Shown: positions 9,465-17,939, counted from the stretch's first letter. The stretch: DNA of 64,000 bases from an uncultured Geminicoccaceae bacterium (GCA_964504655.1 CAZDFD010000003.1:11979-75978); one strand, 5' to 3'. The notes: generated by a model not told the origin, from the letters alone. Numbers and translations are program-made.

Positions 9465-11651
9465 TCAGAGCAGGATGTCGGCCAGTCGGGCGATCGGCCG
9501 GTCGCGGGCCGCGGCGGTCGCCTCGAGCGTCCGCCCGCCGGCGAGCGGGTCCCAGGCGACGAGCCGTCCGAGATCGAGGCCGGTGGCGGCGGCGATCGCC
9601 GCGAGCGGACGCTGGCGCAGCCGGAACTCGCCGGCCTCGATCGCCTCCTCGCGGCGCCGGGCGAGCAGATCGCTCTGCTCGAGGACGAAGCCGAGGGCGC
9701 CCGGACGGCCGTCCTCGCGCGCGAACACCACGATCTTGAAAAATGCCCGCGGCACCAGGAGATCGCCCAGCGGCAGGTCGTTGTCCGAGAAGATCGGGCC
9801 GTTCAGGACCGAGACCCGGATGCGCTGCAGCGAGCCCTGATGGGCGATATGGTTCTCGAGATCGCCCCAGAGCTTGAGATCGCGGCTCGTGTAGACCGTC
9901 GAGCGGTTGAAGTCCTCGTGCTGCGGGGCGCAGTTGGTCCAGTGGAAGGTGTCGTCGTTGGCGGCGAGCGCCTCGGCCTGGTCGCGCCCCCAGGCGGCAT
10001 CCGCCCGCCGGGTCAGATGACCGCGGTCGAGCGGGTTGTCCCGGTAATAGACCTCTCCGGCCTGAACCTCGCGGCTCAGGCGCGGGTCGTACCGCCAGCG
10101 CCCGGTGCCCGCCTCGCGGCCGAGCACCACCGGCGCGTCGAAGTCGACATTGACCGCCGACAGGCAGGCGAGCCGGCGGCGGGCGTTCACGAGCACGCTG
10201 AAATGATGGTAGCGCAGTTCGGTCTCGCCCGGACGGCCAATCAGCTCGGCGAGCGGGCCGTGGCGGTCGTCGACCAGCCCCGGCAGCGCCAGCTCGAAGC
10301 CGAGGAAGCCGCGATCGAAGCCGGCCCGGTCGGCGTAGTCGGCCGGCCGCAGCCGCTCCTCGGCGTCGGCGCCACCCGGATCCGCCAAGCGCAGCTCTAC
10401 CCGGCCGGGTACCGGCGACGACAAGGTCAGCTCGAGCGTGAGCGGCACCTGCACGCTCACCCGGCCGGCCGCCTGGGGAGTGCCGCCCGCCGGCGCTGCC
10501 TCCTCCGCCGGGGCCGGCCCGAGACGGGGTTCGGGCGCGGGCGCGCCGGCCCGACCGGCGTCCAGGACCGCCTCGAGCAGCCGTGCCGCCTCGCCCGAGA
10601 GGCCCCCGAGCGCCGCCTCGAGGGCCCCGACCAGGGCCGAGACCCGCACGCCCTCGTTGGCCACCCAGGCGATCGCCGCCGGCGGGTCGCGGCCCTCGAC
10701 CCAGACGCTGCCGTCGCGCGCCAGCCAGCGCCCCGCGGCGTCGCGGGCAGGGACGGCGCTGTGGTGCAGCGCCACGACCTCCCAGCCGTCGTTGAACACC
10801 GGCGCGCCCGAGGACCCCGGCTCGGTGTCGGCCTCGTAGTGCAGGAACGGGGCGAACCCGGGGTCCTCGCCGGCCGGCCCGGTCAGGAGGTCGACCAGGC
10901 GGTTGCCGCGCAGCACGACCTCCTTCTCGCGACCCTGCGGATGCTGCACCAGATTGACCGGCTCGCCGATCGTGACCTTGCCGATCCGCCCGTCGAGCGG
11001 CGACCAGCCATAGCCCGCGACGGCGGCCCCTTCGCGCGACCGCCCGGCCACCGCGACCAGCGCCAGGTCGAGCGCACGGTCGTGCAGGAACAGCCGCTCC
11101 GGTTCGAGCGCGAAGGTCTGCGGGACCAGGGGCGGGCCGAACCCGTTCGCCTCGAGGTCGAGCTGGAGCGCGGCCACGGCCGCCTCGGCCGGGCTGCCGA
11201 GGACGTGCTCGTTGGTGAGCAGCACGCCCGGGGCGACCAGGAAGCCGGTGCCACGGGGCACGAGGCGCGGGCCGTGGCGGAGCACGATCCGGCCGACCGT
11301 GCGGGCGGCCGCGACCCCGCGCTCGAGGAACTCGACGCTGAGGAAATCCTTGAGGCCGATCATCGCCTCGCGGGCCGACGCGTCGTCGAGCCGCGGCGGG
11401 ACCGACGGCAGGACGGCGGCGGCACGGCCACCGTCGGTGCCGATTGCGGCCGCGTCCAATCGGGCGGCGGCCGCCCGCGCCGCCCGCCCGAGTCGGTCGA
11501 GGCGAGCTTCCAACCGCGCGGGGGTGTCGGCGCGGGTGAGCCGCCCGGCGCGCAGCGCCCGCAGCCGGGCCGCGCGCGGCCGGGCGCGGCGCTCGAACCG
11601 GCCGGCCGCCGCCTCGGCGAGTTCACGCAGGCGCGGATCGAGCTCGGGCAT
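9465..11651 (-). CDS. fusion protein: trypsin-like serine protease plus DNA/RNA non-specific (Serratia/NucA-type) endonuclease
   Basis: ORF 9465..11681 trimmed to MPELDPR (GGGGGGAG RBS). Protease triad: LLTNEHV, ALDLALV, TEPGSSGAPVF. Nuclease: DRGHLTRR and TNCAPQHEDFN (beta-beta-alpha-Me motifs). An Ala/Pro-rich linker joins the domains. No signal peptide. Confidence 0.85.
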   Translation of the reverse strand: MPELDPRLRELAEAAAGRFERRARPRAARLRALRAGRLTRADTPARLEARLDRLGRAARAAAARLDAAAIGTDGGRAAAVLPSVPPRLDDASAREAMIGLKDFLSVEFLERGVAAARTVGRIVLRHGPRLVPRGTGFLVAPGVLLTNEHVLGSPAEAAVAALQLDLEANGFGPPLVPQTFALEPERLFLHDRALDLALVAVAGRSREGAAVAGYGWSPLDGRIGKVTIGEPVNLVQHPQGREKEVVLRGNRLVDLLTGPAGEDPGFAPFLHYEADTEPGSSGAPVFNDGWEVVALHHSAVPARDAAGRWLARDGSVWVEGRDPPAAIAWVANEGVRVSALVGALEAALGGLSGEAARLLEAVLDAGRAGAPAPEPRLGPAPAEEAAPAGGTPQAAGRVSVQVPLTLELTLSSPVPGRVELRLADPGGADAEERLRPADYADRAGFDRGFLGFELALPGLVDDRHGPLAELIGRPGETELRYHHFSVLVNARRRLACLSAVNVDFDAPVVLGREAGTGRWRYDPRLSREVQAGEVYYRDNPLDRGHLTRRADAAWGRDQAEALAANDDTFHWTNCAPQHEDFNRSTVYTSRDLKLWGDLENHIAHQGSLQRIRVSVLNGPIFSDNDLPLGDLLVPRAFFKIVVFAREDGRPGALGFVLEQSDLLARRREEAIEAGEFRLRQRPLAAIAAATGLDLGRLVAWDPLAGGRTLEATAAARDRPIARLADILL

Positions 11652-11752
11652 CGGCTCCCCCCGACCGTCGGCCGGCCACACGGCGGACGACCTCTGCTAT
11701 AACCCTGCTCGCGAGGCAATCGCGTGCCAGTTGCCGGAGCCGGGAGCCGCCC

Positions 11753-12859
11753 ATGCGCCGGATCACCTTCGACGAGCTCGAGGCCAAGCTCGCCGACCCC
11801 GATCTGCCGGATGCGCGGATCCGTCCCTACCTGCGCGGCGTAGCCGAGGCGTCGGCGCCGTTCGACCCGATCGTGCAGCCCGATCCCGAGCGGGTCGAGC
11901 TCAGGCCGCTCGATGCGGTGCGGATCGAGCGGCTCGACTTCCTCGGCTGGGCCAACAGCTGGTCGCGCTGGCGTCGCCAGCAGCGCTGCCTGCGCCGGCT
12001 CGAGCGCGGCGAGAGCCTGCCGGTGCTCGTCTCCGAAGGCGACAGCTGGTTCCAGTTCCCGTTGCTGCTCGACGACACGATCGACCAGCTGGCCGAGCGC
12101 CACCTGATCTGGAGCCTCGATGCGGCCGGCGACACCCTCGCCCACATGACCGGCGCCGACGCCGAATATGCGGGCGCGCTGCTCGACCCGCGCCTCGCCG
12201 GCCGGGCCCGCGGCCTGTTGCTGTCGGCCGGCGGCAACGACGTGATCGGCACCGAGACCGACGCCCAGGGCCGCGAGGTCTCGGTGCTCGCCTCGATCCT
12301 GCGCCCGCGCACGCCCGGGCGCGACCCGGCCTGGCACGTCGACACCGACGAGCTCGCCCGCCGCCTGGCCGCGATCGAGACGGGCTACCGGCAGGTGCTC
12401 GAGACCGTGGCGGCGATCCGGCCGGGCACCTTCGTGGTCTGCCACGGCTACGCCCATGCCGTGCCGGCGTTCGAGGGCGACCCGCGCCGGCCCGGCTGGA
12501 CCCGGCACGGCGGCTGGCTGCGCCGTCCGCTCGAGAGCCGCGGCTTCGTCGATCCGGGCGAGCAGCGGGCCATCGTCGCCGCGCTGATCGACCGGCTGCA
12601 CGCGCTGCTCGCCCGGCTCTGCGGCGGCAACCGGCCCGGGGGGGCGTATCCCTACGCCTATCTGGTCGACTGCCGGCCGCTCCTGGGCGAGCACGACTGG
12701 GCCGACGAGATCCACCCCTGCGACGCCCCCGGCCGCGGCTTCGCCACGGTCGCGCGGGCGTTCGAACGGGTCATCGAGGAGGCGCTCGTCGCGCATCCGC
12801 TGCCGGCGCGGGCCGCGGCGCTGCCCGCCGGGCTCCGGCTCAGAAGGCGAACTCGCTGA
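11753..12859 (+). CDS. SGNH/GDSL-family hydrolase with an N-terminal extension of about 90 aa
   Basis: GGGAG RBS. Block I is VLVSEGDSWFQFP (Ser codon 12044-12046), block III is LSAGGNDV, and block V is WADEIHP. The N-terminal 90 aa match no family I recognise. Confidence 0.8.
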   Translation: MRRITFDELEAKLADPDLPDARIRPYLRGVAEASAPFDPIVQPDPERVELRPLDAVRIERLDFLGWANSWSRWRRQQRCLRRLERGESLPVLVSEGDSWFQFPLLLDDTIDQLAERHLIWSLDAAGDTLAHMTGADAEYAGALLDPRLAGRARGLLLSAGGNDVIGTETDAQGREVSVLASILRPRTPGRDPAWHVDTDELARRLAAIETGYRQVLETVAAIRPGTFVVCHGYAHAVPAFEGDPRRPGWTRHGGWLRRPLESRGFVDPGEQRAIVAALIDRLHALLARLCGGNRPGGAYPYAYLVDCRPLLGEHDWADEIHPCDAPGRGFATVARAFERVIEEALVAHPLPARAAALPAGLRLRRRTR

Positions 12860-14207
12860 ACAGGGGGTCGACCGAGCCGCCCCATTCCTCGTGGAAGCGG
12901 CGCAGCTTGAGCTCGGCCGGGGTGCGCCCGGTGGCACAGGTCTCCTCGAGCGGCGCCAGATAGCGCGTCTCGTCCTGGCCGTCCCAGTTGAGCCGGGCCC
13001 GCCGGGCGAGGCCGTCACGGGCGAGGCCCACGACGGTGCGGGCCAGATCGAGCACCGTGCCGCCGCGGAACGGGGTCGCGAGCCCCTGGCGCGGCACCTC
13101 CCGGCGCAGTTCCTCGAGCTCGGCCGCGGTCCAGCCGGCCACCAGATCGGCCGCCGCCGCCAGCGACCGCTCGTCGTAGAGCAGCCCGACCCAGAGCGCA
13201 GGCAGCGCGCAGATCGTGCGGAACCGCCCGCCGTCGGCGCCGCGCATCTCGAGGTAGCGCTTGAGCCGGACCTCGGGGAACGCGGTCGTGACGTGGTCGG
13301 CCCAGTCCGAGAGGGTCGGCCGCTCGCCGGGCAGCGCCGGCAGCCGGCCTTCGAGGAAGTCGCGGAACGACTGGCCCGAGGCGTCGACGTAGCGGCCCTG
13401 CCGGTAGACGAAGTACATCGGCACGTCGAGGAGCCACTCGGCGTAACGCTCGAAGCCGAAGCCCGGCTCGTGCACGAAGCCGAGCATGCCCGAGCGGTCG
13501 GGATCGGTGTCGAGCCAGACCCGCGAGCGCAGCGACAGGAACCCCGACGGCCGGCCCTCGAGGAACGGCGAGTTGGCGAACAGCGCCGTCGCGACCGGCT
13601 GCAGCGCCAGGCTGGTGCGCAGCTTGGTGACCATGTCGGCCTCGGACGCGAAGTCGAGGTTGACCTGAACCGTGCAGGTCCGCAGCATCATGTCGAGCCC
13701 GAGGCCACCGCGCCGCGGCATGTAGGCCCGCATGATCCGGTAGCGGCCCTTGGGCATCCAGGGGATGTCCTCGCGTCGCCACTTGGGATTGAAGCCCATG
13801 CCGAGCATCGCGACGCCGAGGGGCTCCGCGATCTTCTTGAGCTCGTCCAGATGCGTGTGGACCTCGCAGCAGGTCTGGTGCAGCGTCTCGAGCGGTGCTC
13901 CGGACAGCTCGAGCTGGCCGCCCGGCTCGAGGGTCACCGAGCAGCCGCCCTTGGTGAGCGCGATCGGCCGGCCCTCCTCGAGGACCGGCTCCCAGCCGAA
14001 GCTCTCGGCAAGCCCCTCGAGCAGCGCCCGGATCCCGGCTCGGCCCTCGTAGGGCAGCGGCCGCAGGTCGGCCGTCGTGAAGCAGAACTTCTCGTGCTCG
14101 GTGCCGATCCGGAAGCTCTGCCGTGGCTTGCAGCCCCCGGCGAACCACTCGACGAGCTGACGTCGGTCGGTGATCGGCTCGCCTGTGCCGGAGGGCGGCG
14201 CGGACAT
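12840..14207 (-). CDS. gshA: glutamate-cysteine ligase, plant/alphaproteobacterial type (GCS2 family)
   Basis: ORF 12840..14792 trimmed to MSAPPSG (GGAAGGAG RBS, cat at 14205-14207). The 455-aa protein has FRIGTEHEKF, LEPGGQLELSGAP, RTCTVQVNLDF and FPEVRLKRYLEMRGAD. Confidence 0.92.
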   Translation of the reverse strand: MSAPPSGTGEPITDRRQLVEWFAGGCKPRQSFRIGTEHEKFCFTTADLRPLPYEGRAGIRALLEGLAESFGWEPVLEEGRPIALTKGGCSVTLEPGGQLELSGAPLETLHQTCCEVHTHLDELKKIAEPLGVAMLGMGFNPKWRREDIPWMPKGRYRIMRAYMPRRGGLGLDMMLRTCTVQVNLDFASEADMVTKLRTSLALQPVATALFANSPFLEGRPSGFLSLRSRVWLDTDPDRSGMLGFVHEPGFGFERYAEWLLDVPMYFVYRQGRYVDASGQSFRDFLEGRLPALPGERPTLSDWADHVTTAFPEVRLKRYLEMRGADGGRFRTICALPALWVGLLYDERSLAAAADLVAGWTAAELEELRREVPRQGLATPFRGGTVLDLARTVVGLARDGLARRARLNWDGQDETRYLAPLEETCATGRTPAELKLRRFHEEWGGSVDPLFSEFAF

Positions 14208-14251
14208 GGGTGCTCCTTCCCCGAGTGACGCGGCCTCATAGCCCCGCCGCG

Positions 14252-14283
14252 CCGGCCGCCGCAACCGGGCCCCCGGCGGCCGG
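14252..14283 (-). terminator. perfect 9-bp GC hairpin between the parA-like gene and gshA
   Basis: CCGGCCGCC-(14 nt)-GGCGGCCGG in the 98-nt gap. It could be a terminator, attenuator or processing site. There is no U-tract. Confidence 0.25.
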
Positions 14284-14305
14284 TCCGCCCCGCCCCGGCA
14301 GCGGC

Positions 14306-14935
14306 TCAAGCCGAGAGGAGCTCCTGGAGCAGCGCCTCGACCTCGCGAGCCGCCGCACCCCTGGGCTCCGCCTCGACCACGCCCAGGCCCCTGGCGAAGC
14401 TCGCCACATAGGCCTGGCGGTTGCCGAGCTCGGCCACGGCCGCGGGCCAGCCCTCGCGGGCCACCGTGGCGCGCGCCTCCTCGACCGCCCGGCCGCGCGG
14501 CGGCACGCGGGTCCAGACCAGGCGTGCCGTGCGGCCCTCCCTGCGCGCGAGCTCGAAGGTCGCGCGGCTGGCCCAGAGGTCGGCCGGGCTCGGCTGGCAG
14601 GGCACGAGGACCAGGTCGGCGCGGCGGATCGCGCCCTTGGCCTCGCTCTCGGCGTGCGGCGGGGTGTCGACCAGCACGAGATCGACCTCGCGCCCGAGCC
14701 GGTCGAGCTCGACCCCGAGCCGCCAGCCGCCGACCATGGCGAAGCGCAATTCGGGCGCCGAGCGGGCCTCGTGCTCGCGGATCCGCATCCACCCCGTCAG
14801 GCTCGCCTGCGGGTCGATGTCGACCACCGCCACCCGCCGCCCGGCGGCGGCGAGCGCGGTGGCGAGCTGCACCACGAGCGTGGTCTTGCCGGCCCCGCCC
14901 TTCTGCTGCGCGACGGTCAGGATACGTGCCGCCAC
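14306..14935 (-). CDS. ParA/MinD-family P-loop ATPase (orphan ParA-like)
   Basis: GTG start with a GAGGAG RBS that contains the upstream gene's stop codon. Deviant Walker A QQKGGAGKTT, plus VVDIDPQ and LVLVDTPP. Confidence 0.85.
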   Translation of the reverse strand: MAARILTVAQQKGGAGKTTLVVQLATALAAAGRRVAVVDIDPQASLTGWMRIREHEARSAPELRFAMVGGWRLGVELDRLGREVDLVLVDTPPHAESEAKGAIRRADLVLVPCQPSPADLWASRATFELARREGRTARLVWTRVPPRGRAVEEARATVAREGWPAAVAELGNRQAYVASFARGLGVVEAEPRGAAAREVEALLQELLSA

Positions 14936-14945
14936 CGGGGTCTCC

Positions 14946-15875
14946 TCAATAGCCGCGGGCCCGCTCGACCCGGTGCAGCAGCGGCCGGCCGTCGGCCAGG
15001 CGGCGCAGGTTCTCGGCCACGACGTCGGCGCCGCTCTCGGGCAGGCTGTAGGCGGCGGCGTGCGGGATCACGGTGATCCGCGGATGCCGCCAGAAGGGAT
15101 GCTCCGGCGGGAGCGGCTCGGTCGCGAACACGTCGAGGGTGGCGTGCGCCAGCCTGCCGACGGCCAGGGCGTCCAGGAGGTCCTGCTCGACCAGGTGGGC
15201 ACCGCGCGCGAGGTTGACGAGGCGTGCCCCACTGGGCAGCCGGTCGAGCAACGGAGCGCTCAATATCCCGCGCGTCTCGGGCGTGAGCGGCAGCAGGCAG
15301 ACGAGCACGGACAGTCCGTCGAGGAAGGCGCCGAGCTCGCCCTGGCCGGCGAAGCTCGCGACCCCGTCGAGCGCGCGGCGGGTCCGGCTCCAGCCGCGCA
15401 CCGTGAAGCCGTGCGCCACCAGAAGGCGGGCGGCGGCGCCGCCGAGCTCGCCGAGCCCCAGGATCCCGACCACGGTCGAGGCCGGTGGCCGGGGCAGCAC
15501 CAGCCGCCAGAGCGCCCGGCGCTGCTGCGCCTCGTAGGTGTCGAGGTCGCGGTGGTAGCGCAGCACGTGCAGCAGCACGCACTCGGCCATGCTCGCGGTC
15601 AGCGCCGGGTCGACCATCCGGCAGATCGGCACGCCCGCCGGCAGGGTCGCATCCTCGAGCAGCCGGTCGACGCCGGCGCCGAGCGACAGGATCGCCTTGA
15701 GGTTGGGCAGGCTCGCGAGCAATCCCGGCGGCGGCAGCCAGACCAGCGCCGCCTCGATCTCCGCCGGATGGCCGAGCTCGGGGTGGACGCGCAGCTCGAG
15801 CCCGGGCAGGCGGCGGCGGAGCGCCGCGCCCCAGGCGACCGGATCGTCGTCCGGGCTCGCGAACAGGAGCGCCAA
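14946..15875 (-). CDS. D-isomer-specific 2-hydroxyacid dehydrogenase (glyoxylate/hydroxypyruvate reductase A-like)
   Basis: ORF 14946..16481 trimmed to a TTG at 15875 with a GGAGG RBS. Carries GILGLGELGG (NAD site), LVNLARG and DVFATEPLP..HPFW. Confidence 0.78.
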   Translation of the reverse strand: MALLFASPDDDPVAWGAALRRRLPGLELRVHPELGHPAEIEAALVWLPPPGLLASLPNLKAILSLGAGVDRLLEDATLPAGVPICRMVDPALTASMAECVLLHVLRYHRDLDTYEAQQRRALWRLVLPRPPASTVVGILGLGELGGAAARLLVAHGFTVRGWSRTRRALDGVASFAGQGELGAFLDGLSVLVCLLPLTPETRGILSAPLLDRLPSGARLVNLARGAHLVEQDLLDALAVGRLAHATLDVFATEPLPPEHPFWRHPRITVIPHAAAYSLPESGADVVAENLRRLADGRPLLHRVERARGY

Positions 15876-15971
15876 GAGGTACGCCTCCGCGGCGGGGCCC
15901 GTGCGCCTTGTGCCCGCCGCATCGCGGCGGTTCAAGGGCGAGCTTGCCCTGCGGCCCGGTCCTTCCAGATC

Positions 15972-16787
15972 ATGGTCACACGATCGCCACGGAGCCCCGG
16001 CTTGAAGACCGCCGCAGCCCTCCTGCTCCTCCTGCTCGGCCCGGTCGGCTGCTCGCTCGTGGCGCAGCGGGTCGGCGCCCAGACGCACTGGAGCCAGGCG
16101 CGATGGGCCGCCTCGGGGCTCGCCCCCGATCCCGCCCAGGCGCCCGAGGCGATCGTCCAGGTCTACGCCGCCCGCACCTGGGGCTGGAAGGCGGCCTTCG
16201 CGGTCCATTCCTGGATCGTCGTCAAGGAGGAGGGGGCGGCCGAGTACGAGCGGTTCGAGGTGGTGGGCTGGGGCGTGAGCCGCGGCCTGCCCGCGGTCCG
16301 CCGCAACATGCGGCCGGCGGACGGCTATTGGGCCGGCAACCGCCCGGAGATCGTGGCCGAGCGGCGCGGGCCCGAGGCGGCGGCGCTGATCCCCGGGATC
16401 AGGGCCGCGGTCGCCTCCTACCCCTGGCCGGATCGCTACCGGACCTGGCCCGGCCCGAACTCGAACACCTTCGTGGCGCACGTCCTGCGCCAGGTGCCCG
16501 AGCTCGGTGCCGAGCTGCCGCCGACCGCGATCGGCAAGGACTATCTCTCGTCCGGGATCGTCGGTCCGACCCCCTCGGGCACCGGCTACCAGCTCTCGCT
16601 CCTGGGCCTCCTCGGCATCGGCGTGGCCGCCGAGGAGGGGCTCGAGGTCAACCTCCTCGGGCTCGTCGTCGGGATCGACCCGGCCGAGCTCGCGATCAAG
16701 CTGCCCGGGATCGGCACGCTCGGCCTGCGCACCCGGCCGAGCGGCGCCGCCCCATCACCCGACGAGCGCGGCACGGCCGGATCCTAG
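15972..16787 (+). CDS. DUF3750-family protein with signal/lipoprotein-like N-terminus
   Basis: The ATG at 15972 lies inside shadow ORF 14421..16787. Carries LLLLLLGPVGCS, then VQVYAARTWGWKAAFAVHSWIVVK, WPGPNSNTFVAHVLR and AIGKDYL, which are typical of this family. Confidence 0.7.
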   Translation: MVTRSPRSPGLKTAAALLLLLLGPVGCSLVAQRVGAQTHWSQARWAASGLAPDPAQAPEAIVQVYAARTWGWKAAFAVHSWIVVKEEGAAEYERFEVVGWGVSRGLPAVRRNMRPADGYWAGNRPEIVAERRGPEAAALIPGIRAAVASYPWPDRYRTWPGPNSNTFVAHVLRQVPELGAELPPTAIGKDYLSSGIVGPTPSGTGYQLSLLGLLGIGVAAEEGLEVNLLGLVVGIDPAELAIKLPGIGTLGLRTRPSGAAPSPDERGTAGS

Positions 16788-16877
16788 CGACCGGCTTCCC
16801 GGGCGGCCGCCCCGGTCCCCTCGACAGGCCGCGGGCCGCTTCCTAGCCTCGCCCGAGCAGACCGGCGGGAGCGGGCG

Positions 16878-17930
16878 ATGGCGCGGGCCAAGGCGGTGGT
16901 GGTGGGCGGGGTCGGCGTGATCGGGCGCAACCTCCTCCTCTGGCTCGAGCGCAACACCGATTGGGAGCTCGTCGGACTGTCGCGGCGCGCGCCCGACTTC
17001 CCGACCCGAGCCCGCTTCCTGTCGGTCGACCTTCTCGACCGTGCCGACGCCCTGGCCAAGCTCGGCAGCCTCGCGGACGTGACCCACCTCTTCTACGCCG
17101 CCTTCCAGCAGGCGCCCACCTGGGCCGGCCACGACGGTCCGAACCTGGCGCTCCTCGAGAACAGCGTCGAACCGATCGCCGCCGCCTCCCCGGTCCTCGA
17201 GCACGTCCACCTGGTCGAGGGCACGAAGATCTACGGCTCGCATCTCGGCCCCTTCAAGACGCCGGCCAAGGAGAGCGACCCGCCGCACATGCTGCCCAAC
17301 TTCTACCACACCCAGGAAAGCTGGCTGCGGCGGTGCCGCGCGGGCAAGCCCTGGTCCTTCTCGGTGCTGCGGCCGCAGACCGTGTGCGGCTTCGCGGTCG
17401 GCAACCCCATGAACCTCGTGGTCGGGCTCGCCGTCTACGCCGCCATCTCGAAGGAGCTCGGCCTTCCGCTGCGCTTTCCGGGCAGCGAAAAGGCCTTCCG
17501 CTCGCTCTACCAGGTGACCGACAGCGAGCTGCTGGCCGCCTGCATGCACTGGTGCGCCACCACGCCGGCGGCGCGCGACCAGGTATTCAACATCACCAAC
17601 ACCGACTATTTCCGTTGGGAGAATCTCTGGCCCGGCTTCGCCCGCGCCTTCGCCATGGAGCCGGGTGGCGTGCAGACCCTGCGCCTCGCCGAGTTCATGG
17701 CCGACAAGGGGCCGCTCTGGGCGGAGATGCGGAAGAAGTACGACCTCCTGCCCATCCCCTACGAGCAGCTGGTCGCCTGGCCGTTCGTCGACTATTGCCT
17801 GACGCGCGACTACGACGTGATGACCGACACGATCAAGATCCGCAAGGCGGGCTTCCATCTCTGCGAGGACAGCGAGGAGATGTTCGCCCGCCAGTTCGCC
17901 GAGTTCCGCCGGATGCGCGTGATCCCCTGA
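16878..17930 (+). CDS. SDR-superfamily NAD-dependent epimerase/dehydratase (progesterone-5-beta-reductase-like)
   Basis: VVVGGVGVIGRNLL Rossmann motif, VTHLFYAAF and GTKIYG. 350 aa. Confidence 0.75.
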   Translation: MARAKAVVVGGVGVIGRNLLLWLERNTDWELVGLSRRAPDFPTRARFLSVDLLDRADALAKLGSLADVTHLFYAAFQQAPTWAGHDGPNLALLENSVEPIAAASPVLEHVHLVEGTKIYGSHLGPFKTPAKESDPPHMLPNFYHTQESWLRRCRAGKPWSFSVLRPQTVCGFAVGNPMNLVVGLAVYAAISKELGLPLRFPGSEKAFRSLYQVTDSELLAACMHWCATTPAARDQVFNITNTDYFRWENLWPGFARAFAMEPGGVQTLRLAEFMADKGPLWAEMRKKYDLLPIPYEQLVAWPFVDYCLTRDYDVMTDTIKIRKAGFHLCEDSEEMFARQFAEFRRMRVIP

Positions 17931-17939
17931 AGCGGCTGC

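Noticed and set aside
9366-11702. 778-aa plus-strand ORF covering the protease-nuclease locus
   Set aside because: It is antisense to the frame that carries the complete protease triad and the DRGH nuclease motif. Its composition is Arg/Pro/Gly-rich and motif-free.
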